This document shows positions 13,791 through 24,484 of a stretch of 64,000 bases of DNA, piece by piece. Made by a program: the position numbers and the translations under genes. The first letter of the stretch is position 1, and the number at the start of each line of letters is the position of its first letter. The notes under the pieces are model-generated. The model was given only the letters and a program-made list of their open reading frames with translations, was not told the DNA's origin and made no database searches. The stretch lies in the NCBI GenBank assembly GCA_964016885.1, contig OZ024743.1:44640001-44704000 (forward strand). Direction: 5' to 3'. The DNA is from Eledone cirrhosa (Eukaryota).

Positions 13791-14470
13791 TGGAATAACA
13801 ACAACGCCCAAACAAATTACACTGACCCAAGAGAAGTATAAATAAATAAATACATACAAAAGCACAATAACAAACAAACACATATAACACACACTAGTAA
13901 AGATAGAATACATTAACTAATACACAGTCTCCCAAACACGAACACACATCAAACAAAACTCTATACATACGCGCAAACGCATGCGCAAAGAAGTCAAGAA
14001 AATAAACAAATAAATAAATATATAAACCGACTAAATAAAGATGGCGTAGACATACAATCCAACGGGAGGAAACAATAGCACCACTGACAATGTTGCAGAT
14101 GTGCAACGAAAGAACTTTGATAGACTATATATATGTGTTTGTGTCTATATTGTATCTGTATGTATGACCGTTGGTCAGTCAATGGCAACATTGAGGACCG
14201 AATAAATTAAATTAACCGATATAAAAGACACAGAAGCGAAAACCAACCAAACAGTGAGAGTGTTCTGTTATTAATTCTGGCAATATTTCACAAATATGAG
14301 CCTCCCCAAGTATAACTATTTATATATATATATATATATTTATATTTTATATATGTTTTAGTAGATTCGTGGTTTACTGACTGAAAAGGGCAGCAACTTG
14401 AACACTATCCGAAGGTAGAGTATACTGAAAATAAAGCGATATTTCACAGTAAGGTATTTATTGATTATAT

Positions 14471-14657
14471 ACAGTTACGACCGTTTCACAAATGGATGGC
14501 TCAGGATTTATATAAATACTATAGACCGATTCAGCCTGATCTGCTCATAAGCCTTGTGAATCAAGCAAAGCAAAAATCGATGAGTAGATCAGCCTGGAGT
14601 CATGTCTATAGCATTTATGTATCCTGAGGCCCCCATCTCTGAAACGCTCGTAAATGT
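14471..14657. repeat. Imperfect fold-back with only the 3' half of a hammerhead in each arm
   Basis: ACAGTTACGACCGTTTCA..CTCAGGAT..CTATAGAC versus GTCTATAG..ATCCTGAG..TGAAACGCTCGTAAATGT. Confidence 0.6.
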
Positions 14658-15004
14658 GAACGAAATTTCGCGTTGAAAGACTCTAATAAAAAGGCACTTT
14701 TTATGTCGATAGGATGAAGGATTTAGTGTAATACAGGTTCTATAAATTTATTTGGTATAAACATCTCAACAAAATTGAAATATTCAAGGCGATGGTGGCT
14801 TGACAAACTTTGTCATCTTATTAATTTTAATTTTAATTTCATTTAACTGGATAATTGTATTGTGTATGAGGCATTGTTGGTTAGTTTATGCTTGTTGTAT
14901 TGTTTCATTGGTTAGGGCTGTGTAAGGAAAACCTAAATACACACACACACGCACATCTCCCCACCCTCTCTCTCTATATATAAACAATAAATCTCTGGAG
15001 GTTC

Positions 15005-15200
15005 TTGAGCGCTACTGGTAACATGTAATTCTGTTTAACCTGTTCCGTGGACGCGTCGTCGGCGGCTAAACTAGCAACAAAACGAAGCTTGCTTGGTGAG
15101 GAGGGTTAATATTGTACACACTTCGGAGAAAAAATCACAACCTGCCAAAAGATGGATGAACTTACAAGATTCCACTGCCATCCAATACTGCAATACGCAT
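15005..15200 (+). mobile_element. Conserved leader of a probable RTE-related element (diverged copy)
   Basis: Shares CTACTGGTAACATGTA..GTCGTCGGCG.CTAAACT.GCAAC..CTTGGTGAGGAGGGT with 45372 and 61530. Confidence 0.55.
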
Positions 15201-15735
15201 ATATGCATATATATGTGTGTATATATACGCGTTTACCCTAGTCAACCTTCAGTGACACGTATGGTGAGTATGGCACACCCCGTGGGTCATGGCAGACAAA
15301 TGCAACCAATGGCCCTCAGTCCCTAGAAACTATGGAGTTAGAGCCCAAGACAATCAGAGATACAGAGGAGACTACGTGAGTGTGACCGGGGGTAGGAGGG
15401 AAACCAGGAGTGAGATGGAGAAATGTTCTCACTCGTCATTTGGAACTCGAGCGCTGGAAACGATTCAGTGAGAGGCTTACCCCCAGGAGTGATAATTCCC
15501 TGATGAAATGATATCTATAAAAATGACATAGAACATTTTTTATACCAGTCGGCTTTCGTACATGTAAATGTATTACTTTTTGTAATTTTCTTCTTTATTA
15601 TCTTTTGCGTGTTTCACTGAAATCACTCTAAGAAAACCTATTGAATAATGATTATTAAGATATAAAAATATTTTGGATGAACTCAATATGATGCTGCCAT
15701 ACGTACACACACACACTCATACATACACACACACG

Positions 15736-15953
<218 letters not shown>

Positions 15954-16164
15954 TGTGCATTGTGTATGTGCGCGCGCGTTCACAGTAATAGATTTTCCCA
16001 GTATGATAAATAGCCTAATATTTTCCAATATCTGCTAGGAATCATTCAAATTAGCAAACGTTAAAAGGTAAACGAAACCGTTTGAATACAAAAAATACAA
16101 CCCATACAAGTAAGAAAAAAACAAGTGTTAAAAATGGGAATATTTACGTAGTTTCAATACACCA

Positions 16165-16223
<59 letters not shown>

Positions 16224-16350
16224 TTATGTGTGTGTGTGTGCATAAAGAGAGAGAGACTGTGTGACAAAGAGTGACATGAATATAGATAGAAAGCTCTATA
16301 GTTAGGTATAATACAGCATGAATTATACGGTATATATTGTATATATATAT

Positions 16351-16386
<36 letters not shown>

Positions 16387-16412
16387 GTATATATATATAT
16401 ACATATATATGC

Positions 16413-16513
<101 letters not shown>

Positions 16514-16559
16514 AACCATTAGAATACCCACATTTGTACGAAACATGCAGAAGATCATC

Positions 16560-17560
16560 GATAATATACTCCGAAATTCAATGAGCCCCATTGTTAAGGA
16601 TTCAAGGTTTCATAGTACACTATTTGAAGAATTGTGCACGAAGACATTCGATAGTAGCTAATTCTTGTAGCTAATTCTTGTCTCCAAAAACAAGAGATAA
16701 GCACCTGATCTGCTCAAAGCTATTGTTGATCAAGTTGAATCACCAAGTGCCTGGAATACTTTTGTTTTTCTCTGATGAGAAACAATTTGATCTGGACCAA
16801 AAGGTCAACTGAAATTATAATAGACTAGCCAAATTACCCGCACCGTGCTGCGTTTCACACATTTTTTATAAGAGAATGATGATTGATTTTAAATCTTGAT
16901 ATAATTTATGGAGAAAAACTCATCATTTCAATATTACTCAGTGTAAAATGTAATGCATGAAAAATTGGAAAATATTATTTTTTGTAATATATCAAATCAA
17001 AATTACATTATTAAATCTTAGTAAATAATTTTTTTTAAAAATATCAATTCAAAACTTTAGTGAATAGGCATCATAACTTGTTATTTAACTATGGTTTAAA
17101 TTTCATATAAATCGAATGGAACAAATTTTCAGCTGGGGTTTGTGACCCCGGGGAACCCTTTGATTAAAATGAAATATACTTATCCAAGTACCTTAGGAAG
17201 TTTAGTTTCAGAATATATATATGGTTATGGGGGGTCTATCTCGGAAACCATAGGAGTGGTTCGTGAACAAATAAACAGACAGGAATACAACCTATGCAGA
17301 GAAAATTAAGATACTCCAACGACAATTAAGATGCTGCATGTGCGCGAATTTCGGTCACATGTTATGGCTTGGCGAGTTGTGACGAACAGGAGAGAGGCCA
17401 TACCTCATTACGTCTTTCCTCTGGGCTTAAACATCAATTCTGATGATTGTATTGGAGCGGGTTGTGATGCTTTGGATTCAATGAGATCCATTGCTAAGGA
17501 TCTCAATGTTTCATAGTACACTATTGAAGGAATTGTGCATGAAGACCTTCGATACAAATC
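16560..17560 (+). pseudogene. Fragmented Tc1/mariner (maT/DD37D-like) transposase split by an insertion
   Basis: FFSDEKQFDLDQKVN (~16765-16810) and HVMAWRVVTNRREAIPHYVFPLGLNINSDD (~17357-17450). The insert at ~16823-17290 begins ACTAGC..ACCCGCACCGTGCTGCG (Helitron-like 3' end on minus). 17476-17552 repeats 16577-16651. Confidence 0.65.
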
Positions 17561-17661
17561 ATGGCTTAAAGGGGCTGTTTGCATAATTGCAAACGATTCG
17601 AATATTATTATTAATATTCGATAAACTCAGATTACACTTATCATATATATATATATATATA

Positions 17662-17851
17662 TAACGAAGGAAATGTGGTAAGGAACCAGGTGGACCATAA
17701 CGCACCAAAGTACTCAATACTTGAGGTAGTAGAGTGGGTAATAGGAACCAGTAAGACCCCGACAGCTGAGCTCAAGCCGTTTCGACGGCTAATTCTGTCC
17801 AGAATTAGCCGTCGAAACGGCTTGAGCTCAGCTGTCGGGGTCTTACTGGTT

Positions 17852-17855
<4 letters not shown>
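17662..17855. mobile_element. Fold-back mini-copy of the Naiad-like pLTR in (TA)n
   Basis: 17662-17797 matches 18599-18735; inverted arm 17800-17855 ends GTTCCTA|TA. Confidence 0.85.
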
Positions 17856-17904
<49 letters not shown>

Positions 17905-17906
17905 AT

Positions 17907-18127
17907 TATTTATTAAAATAACAGATTAAAGTTTAAGCAAAGAATCGCTGTTTTCACCCTCACCGGGATCTTCAGAAGTTCCCGTTAAGGGTGTAAACAA
18001 CGATTCTTTGCTTAAACCTTAATCTGTTATTTTAATAAATATTTGCTCTATGGTTCTATATATTTATATATATATATATCATCCTTCTCGAGCCCCCTTC
18101 GGATTTAGTCTTCACATTTATTATTAT

Positions 18128-18131
<4 letters not shown>
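17907..18131. mobile_element. Fold-back mini-element (family D) with hammerhead-like core at the turn
   Basis: Minus strand 17975-17940 reads CTGAAGA-TCCC ggtga GGGT-GAAA; stem I is lost at the turn. Confidence 0.7.
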
Positions 18132-18176
<45 letters not shown>

Positions 18177-18234
18177 AATATAAATTAGTGAGAATCGTAT
18201 TTCGGCTTAGGAATTAACGAAAATCAACTTCCGA

Positions 18235-18409
<175 letters not shown>

Positions 18410-18448
18410 ATATTAAATAAATGGAAACTATATTTATAAAACCATATT

Positions 18449-18511
18449 TATTTTATTATATATATTTCAAGGGTACCAAGACACATTGGTACGCTTTCAT
18501 CAGATAAAATA
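18449..18511 (-). ncRNA. Hammerhead motif (family A relative)
   Basis: TATTTTAT-CTGATGA-AAGC-GTACCAA tgtgtc TTGGTAC-CCTT-GAAA-TATATA-TA-ATAAAATA; different stem II sequence, same fold. Confidence 0.75.
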
Positions 18512-18692
18512 CAAACTTTGTTTTATAAATAGAGACATACCCATGAAAATCATACCTTATCGGTTGGAAATTCACTAGATAGTCACTGGATATATATATA
18601 ACGAAGGAAATGTTGTAAGGAACCAGGTGGACCATAACGCACCAAAGTACTCAATACTTAGGGTAGTAGAGTGGGTAATAGGAACAAGTAAG

Positions 18693-18786
18693 GCCCCGAC
18701 AGCTGAGCTCAAGCCGTTTCGACGGCTAATTCTGGACTGAATGAAAATTTATTCTGGTATTTAAATAGCCGAGCTTATCAATGGGT
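18693..18786 (-). ncRNA. U3:A8 hammerhead in the 3' pLTR (stem I base mismatched)
   Basis: Copy of 23390-23483 with ACCCA in place of ACCCC. Confidence 0.65.
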
Positions 18787-19948
18787 AATTCCATATATGG
18801 TGAAAGAGATAATCACCAGGATTGGTCACATCACAAGTTAGTAGTAAATCTGTGATGGCAAATTGGTAGGGGAAGGGGTAGCTGAACCTGCCGGTAGGAG
18901 TAAAAGGGGGAGGGGTGGAGTAGACCCATTCATGCGTTGGTAGTGCCGGCTACAGCTGGGTGTGAGGTCAAAGAAGATACTGGGGAGGGGGAGGAAGTCG
19001 AAACGGTAAGTAGAACAATGAAGGGTAAAACTATAAAAAGTACTGAGAGAGAAAAAAAATAAAATAAGCAAAGTCTGGTTACTATGACTTAAGTCTCTCG
19101 CTATTGCTAGGCTAAAGAAATACATAAATAAATAAATAAGTGAATAAAAGAATGGATAAATAAAATTTAAAAAAAATATATATATAATGAAGAATAAAAA
19201 ATAAATAAAAATAAACTAGGTGGGACGGAAATAAAGGGACCCTTATACGAGGTATAAGTGCGTGTATCGTACGGTGACGGGTCAACAAAGGGGGGGCCAA
19301 AATACTAAAGAGACTACCACGAAATAATAAAGGTTTCTACCCCAAACACAGGGCCAGCAACCACCCAGAGCAAGAAAGTAAACAGGGTCCCGCAAAAAAA
19401 TACTCGTGCTAACTCTAAGGGTACCGCCACGAAACAAAAAGTCTTATACAAGCTACATGAAAGATCGTACGAAGTAAAAGTAAAGAACGGAAAATTAATA
19501 CAGACACCCCCCCCCCCCCAAGAAAAAGGGAAAAAGAGGAAAGAAATACTGGATAAACGAGAAATTAAAGCAAAGATGCCACTAAGAACTATAGAAGGCA
19601 CGGAAAAAAGGGACAGCGGTCGGAGAAGGGGGCAAGTATCCGAGGTCTAACACCTCTGCTATAAAAAGCGGAGTCAGCCAAATCTATCATAGAATAGGGG
19701 AGGGGGTGGTGGTGCTGAAGCTACAAGGGACCGAGGGGCTACCTCGGGTGGGCGAGAAAAAGGCGACGACAATGAAAGGGAACTGGGGTAGAAGGACTAG
19801 GGAGGAATGGGGGAAGGAGGAAATATAGAGGAAGCGATAAAAAAAGTAAAAGAAGATCTTACGCCTCCATTGGCAAGCAGGGGTTACCCCTTACAAAATA
19901 GGCAAGTGGGGTGTTATAGCCCTAGTCTACCCCCCCCCCCCCGGGTCA

Positions 19949-22090
19949 TTATGGGGTTTTTGGGGCGAGGTAAGTCCTACGTAATCGGTGTTTACATGCA
20001 GTAACCAGTTCATCTTTCTTGTTTAGGAGTTGGTCCGTCGAAAACAGCATTTGTAAAGTGTCCTCCGAGCATAAATTGCACGGACGGAGTCCTCCCGTGT
20101 AAGAGTTGGCTCTGGACAGTAATTTCCAAGTGAGATCATAGTTGATGTTGTTGTCCTTGAGGTCCCATATGTGGCCCGAAAGTGTAGTGGCGTGACGCCG
20201 GGCCGGGTTTCGGAAGGTATGTCTGTGTTGGTATAGCCGGGTCTTGAAGTCACATGCGGTTAATCCTATATAAGCTTTGTTGGAGGTGTCCGTGCTCACG
20301 TTACACTGGTAGATCACATTACGGTCTCTGCATCTGTTGTCGAGGGGGCAACTGGATCTATCAGGACAGTTGCACCTCCTGGTCGGCTCTCCACTGCTAT
20401 TTAGGTTGTTTCTTCCATCGGGGTTGAGTTTTTTGTTTTTGGAGGAGACGATGTTTTGTGCGAAGTTAGGTGTAGTGCTGTAAGAGAGTTTGATGGTATT
20501 TTTGTTAATTATGTTGTAGTAGCGGTGTTGTGGTGGGAAGTGTTTTTCAATGAGCCCGAAGAAAATTTTCCCGATGGGAGTTGTCACCTCGGCGTTGTGG
20601 GGAGGATTGAACCATGTTACATTGCGTGAGCGGCGGTGTCGCCTGCTGGTTCCGCTAATGGGAGCTGGACAGTAGGATATTTCCTCCCGGAAGCCACTCC
20701 GCTTGAGGGCCTGGTTGTAGTAAGGCGCATGTTCATCGAATATCTTCTCATTGGCTGACAAACGGGATATGCGGAGGGAGATGTTTTTGACCAGGTTCTT
20801 GGTGATGTTCCTAGGATGGTTAGATCGGCGGTGGATGTAGTGCAGGTTGTCATTGGGTTTCCTGTATGGGTAGTACAGGTCATTATTGAGATCGAGGGTA
20901 ACGTCCAGGAAATTAACTCGGGTCAGGGACGTTTGTAGGGTTATATTAAATCCCCAGTTGCGGAAGAAGCTGATTAATTGTTTACGGACCCGGTTTGTAC
21001 TACTGGGGTTGTACCCTTTTAGGGTAAGGAGCCCATCATCACGGTACAATCCACCACCGAAAGCAGGAAACATATCGGTGAGTTTGGTTATAAGGAATAA
21101 TCCTGTAAGATCTGTGACCTCCGCCGAATCCGTAGCGCCCATGCTGACGTCGAAGGGTGAATCGGGAGCTCTTTATATCCATTTGGAGTTGTCAAAGAGT
21201 AAGACTGTCTTCCTGGCGTGGAGGATGATTTTTCTTTCTGGTCGGTGATGGGCACGAGTGCTTCGGCGAAGTCCAAGGCGGCAGTAAGTAGCGGTAAGGT
21301 GATAGAAGCATAGTAGCTCTCTATGTCGAACTGGATAAATTTAGTGTCTCGTTTATCCTCCATATTGCTGAACCATGAGATAACTTCCTGGGTGTTGATC
21401 CATAGGCTAAGTCGGGCGTGTTGCATGACTTTTGGTATCACGCGGTCTAGGATTTTTTTGCTGATTCTCTCTATGTCGGACTTCGTTGGGTTTATAAGCC
21501 TGATAGATGGTTTACGGTCGAAATCGGATTTGTGGTCCTTCAGTGTGAAGTAGGGTGTCCGTGGGTCTAGGGGTTCGGTGCGGTCGGTGACCCCGAGGCT
21601 GGAGGTAATTTGTTGTCCATCTCGATTAATGTCCTCGATGCATGAGTGGTTAGCCTTTTTTATAGGTGGAGTTTAGGCTGCTCCTGATCAGTGTGTGGTA
21701 TCTGTCGGGGTTGACAAAGTATAGGTTCCCAGTTTTATCCGAATGCACCATGATGTCATTGGTGTTATCATACTCTGTTAAGTTGCTACGGAGTTTTTGT
21801 AGGAATCGGTTGTGTCTGGGTTTGAATTTAAGGTTCTTGACCAGTTGGAAGAGGTCATTCTCGAAGGGTGAGAGCAAAGGGTTCGGGGGGGGGGGAGATT
21901 TGTAGGTAATAAATCCGAATCTCTCCTTGGTACCGAAGTCCTGATTGTCGCAAAATCTGTCGTAGAAAAAAGTTCTCCATCTAAGTCTTTTCGCAAATAG
22001 ATCGATTTTTTGCGTGAGCATCCGAAGGTAAAGTTTTTTCGGTGGGATTGGGATGTTCTTGGTAGAGAAGTCGATGTTGTGTTTTCGCAT
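19949..22090 (-). pseudogene. Penelope-like RT + GIY-YIG endonuclease with two single-base frameshifts
   Basis: MRKHNIDFSTKNIPIP..DKTGNLY..TLKDHK..RLINP..FDIESYY..MGATDSAEVTDL..GLYRDDGL..NFLDVTL..WFNPP..CNC-x5-C-x5-C..VIYQC..YIGLT..CNLC..LLNKKDELVTACKHR; shifts at ~21658 (A run) and ~21240. Confidence 0.9.
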
Positions 22091-22275
22091 GGTGCGGGTG
22101 AAAGAAATTGAGCTTAGCGGAAAAGTCTGGATACGGCGTGGTAAGGTCGGAAAGTGCTCTACTACGGGGATAGGAGCTAGATAACGAAGGAAATGTGGTA
22201 AGGAACCAGGTGGCCCATAACGCACCAAAGTACTCAATACTTATGGTAGTAGAGTGGGTAATAGGAACAAGTAAG

Positions 22276-22369
22276 ACCCCAACAGCTGAGCTCAAGCCGT
22301 TTCGACGGCTAATTCTGGACGGAATGGAAATTTATTCTGGTATTTAAATAGCCGAGCTTATCAAGGGGT
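22276..22369 (-). ncRNA. U3:A8 hammerhead in the 5' pLTR (GUU triplet)
   Basis: Copy of 23390-23483 with C17 changed to U. Confidence 0.7.
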
Positions 22370-23389
22370 AATTCCATATATGGTCAAAGAGATAATCACC
22401 AGGATTGGTCACATCACAAGTTAGTAGTAAATCTGTGATGGCAAATTGGTAGGGGAAGGGGTAGCTGAACCTGCCGGTAGGAGAAAAAGGGAGAGGGGTG
22501 GAGTAGACACATTCATGCGTTGGTAGTGCCGGCTACAGCTGGGTGTGAGGTCAAAGAAGATACTGGGGAGGGAGGGAGGGGGAGGAAGTCGAAACGGTAA
22601 GTAGAACAATGATGGGTAAAACTATAAAAAGTACTGAGAGAGAAAAAAAATAAAATAAGCAAAGTCTGGTTACTAAGACTTAAGTCTCTCGCTATTGCTA
22701 GGCTAAAGAAATACATAAATAAATAAATAAATAAGTGAATAAAAGAATGGATAAATTTTATTTAGCCTAGCAATAGCGAGAGACCTAAGTCTTAGTAACC
22801 AGACTTTGCTTTTTTTTTTTTTTTTTCTCTCTCTCAGTACTTTTTATAGTTTTACCCTTTATTGTTCTACTTACCGTTTCGACTTCCTTCCGCTCCCCCT
22901 CCCCAGTATCTTCTTTGACCTCACACCCAGCTGTAGCCGGCACTCCCAACGCAGGAATGGGTCTACTCCACCCCCTCTCCCTTTTTCTCCTACCGGCAGA
23001 TTCAGCTACCCCTTCCCCTACCAAATAAGTGAATAAAAGAATGGATAAATTTTATTTAGCCTAGCAATAGCGAGAGACTTAAGTCATAGTAACCAGACTT
23101 TGCTTATTTTTTTTTTTCTCTCTCAGTACTTTTTATAGTTTTACCCTGCATTGTTCTACTTACCGTTTCGACTTCCTCCCCCTCCCCCTCCCCAGTATCT
23201 TCTTTGACCTCACACCCAGCTGTAGCCGGCACTACCAACGCATGAATGGGTCTACGCCACCCCCTCCCCCTTTTACTCCTACCGGCAGGTTCAGCTACCC
23301 CTTCCCCTACTAATTTGCCATCACAGATTTACTACTAACTTGTGATGTGACCAATCCTGGTGATTATCTCTTTGACCATATATGGAATT

Positions 23390-23483
23390 ACCCCTTGATA
23401 AGCTCGGCTATTTAAATACCAGAATAAATTTTCATTCAGTCCAGAATTAGCCGTCGAAACGGCTTGAGCTCAGCTGTCGGGGT
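23390..23483 (+). ncRNA. U3:A8 variant hammerhead in the inverted pLTR (intact)
   Basis: ACCCC-TTGATAA-G-ct-CGGCTA..TAGCCG-t-C-GAAA-CGGCT tgagctc AGCTG-TC-GGGGT; predicted cut after 23478. Confidence 0.8.
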
Positions 23484-23495
23484 CTTACTTGTTCC

Positions 23496-23527
<32 letters not shown>

Positions 23528-23685
23528 GATATTAGTATTGGAACTCTGAAATAGAGATGTATACATGAATATATGTATAGTATATCTGGTAATATACTGT
23601 ATGTTTAATTAAAAACATTTAGAAAACCATTCGCTATGAGTTTTAAAGTAGTGACTATATCACTTACTTATTCTCGGCAAATAAC

Positions 23686-23858
23686 TGTTTCTACTTTAGG
23701 CACAAGGCCAGCAATTACCCAGTGCATTACTGGTACTTTATTTTATCGACCCCGTAAGGATGAAAGGCAAAGTCAACCTCGGCGGGATTTGAGCTCAGAT
23801 CGTAAAGGGACGTAACTATGCTGGAAAGCATGGCGTCCGACCCTCTACCGATACTGCC
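23686..23858 (-). mobile_element. tRNA-derived SINE
   Basis: Family consensus; flanked by AATAAC (23680-85, 23859-64); absent from the mirror arm. Confidence 0.88.
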
Positions 23859-23946
23859 AATAACAACAGAGAGTGATCGACAGACAGTCTGTTTCTCGCT
23901 TGTGAACGTTTATCTAGACCACACACTCCGCTGCCTTTGGAAGTGT

Positions 23947-23996
23947 GTGGTCTTGATAAACGCTCACAAGCGGGAAACAGATTGTCTGTCGATGAC
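23947..23996 (+). ncRNA. U3:A8 variant minimal hammerhead (family G)
   Basis: GTGGTC-TTGATAA-A-CGCT caca AGCG-G-GAAA-CAGA ttg TCTG-TC-GATGAC. Mirror copy 23873-23922 (-) has the full stem I (GATCAC) but TAGATAA. Confidence 0.7.
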
Positions 23997-24484
23997 TCTG
24001 TTGTTATTTGCCGAGAATAAGTAAGTGACATAGTTACTACTTCACATCTCATAGCGAATGGTCATCTAATTTGTTTTAATTAAACATACAGTATATTACT
24101 AAATATACTATACATACATTCATATATATATACATATATATATATATACACTGTAGAACCTGTAAAAACTAGGGGTTATAACAGAAATAATTTGTTTCCA
24201 TATATGTAAAGATGCTTGAAGCCCAAATTAACATCTACCTTCTTCCTCATATCTCTCGAACAATTCACCTTATATTGATTTAAATCAATAACAATAATTT
24301 TCTTCCATATTTTCCCTAATACGTATTGAACTTATCCACTAAACTACCTTTTCCTTTCTATCTATCTGTCTATATTTGGACTGTCTTAGTTTCCGTGATT
24401 CGTTATTTTTATTGTCCGAAAAGAATTCCACTAAATATAGATAAATAGGTAGATTGATAAATAGATAGATAGATACATAGATAC

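Larger units (their letters stand above)
12280..14320 (+). mobile_element. 5'-truncated Penelope-like element (Neptune-like) with inverted 5' pLTR
   Basis: 12565-13015 is the reverse complement of 13736-14165. Internal ORF remnants are the RT thumb plus GIY-YIG. TA flanks. Outer limits approximate. Confidence 0.8.
18599..23497 (-). mobile_element. Near full-length Penelope-like retroelement (Naiad-like) with direct and inverted pLTRs
   Basis: Direct repeats 18599-19160 and 22182-22757 flank the RT/GIY-YIG ORF. Inverted pLTR pieces at 22758-23024 and 23051-23497. (TA)n at both ends. Confidence 0.92.
23524..24121. mobile_element. Fold-back mini-element (family G) interrupted by a SINE
   Basis: 23567-23685 plus 23865-23927 is inverted at 23942-24121; TA flanks. 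Confidence 0.8.

Noticed and set aside
16770-16790. CTGATGAGAAAC as a hammerhead core
   Set aside because: No stem II; it is the SDEK codons of the mariner transposase.
19949-22090. Selenocysteine recoding as reported for some Naiad elements
   Set aside because: The reconstructed ORF has no in-frame TGA; the breaks are frameshifts.
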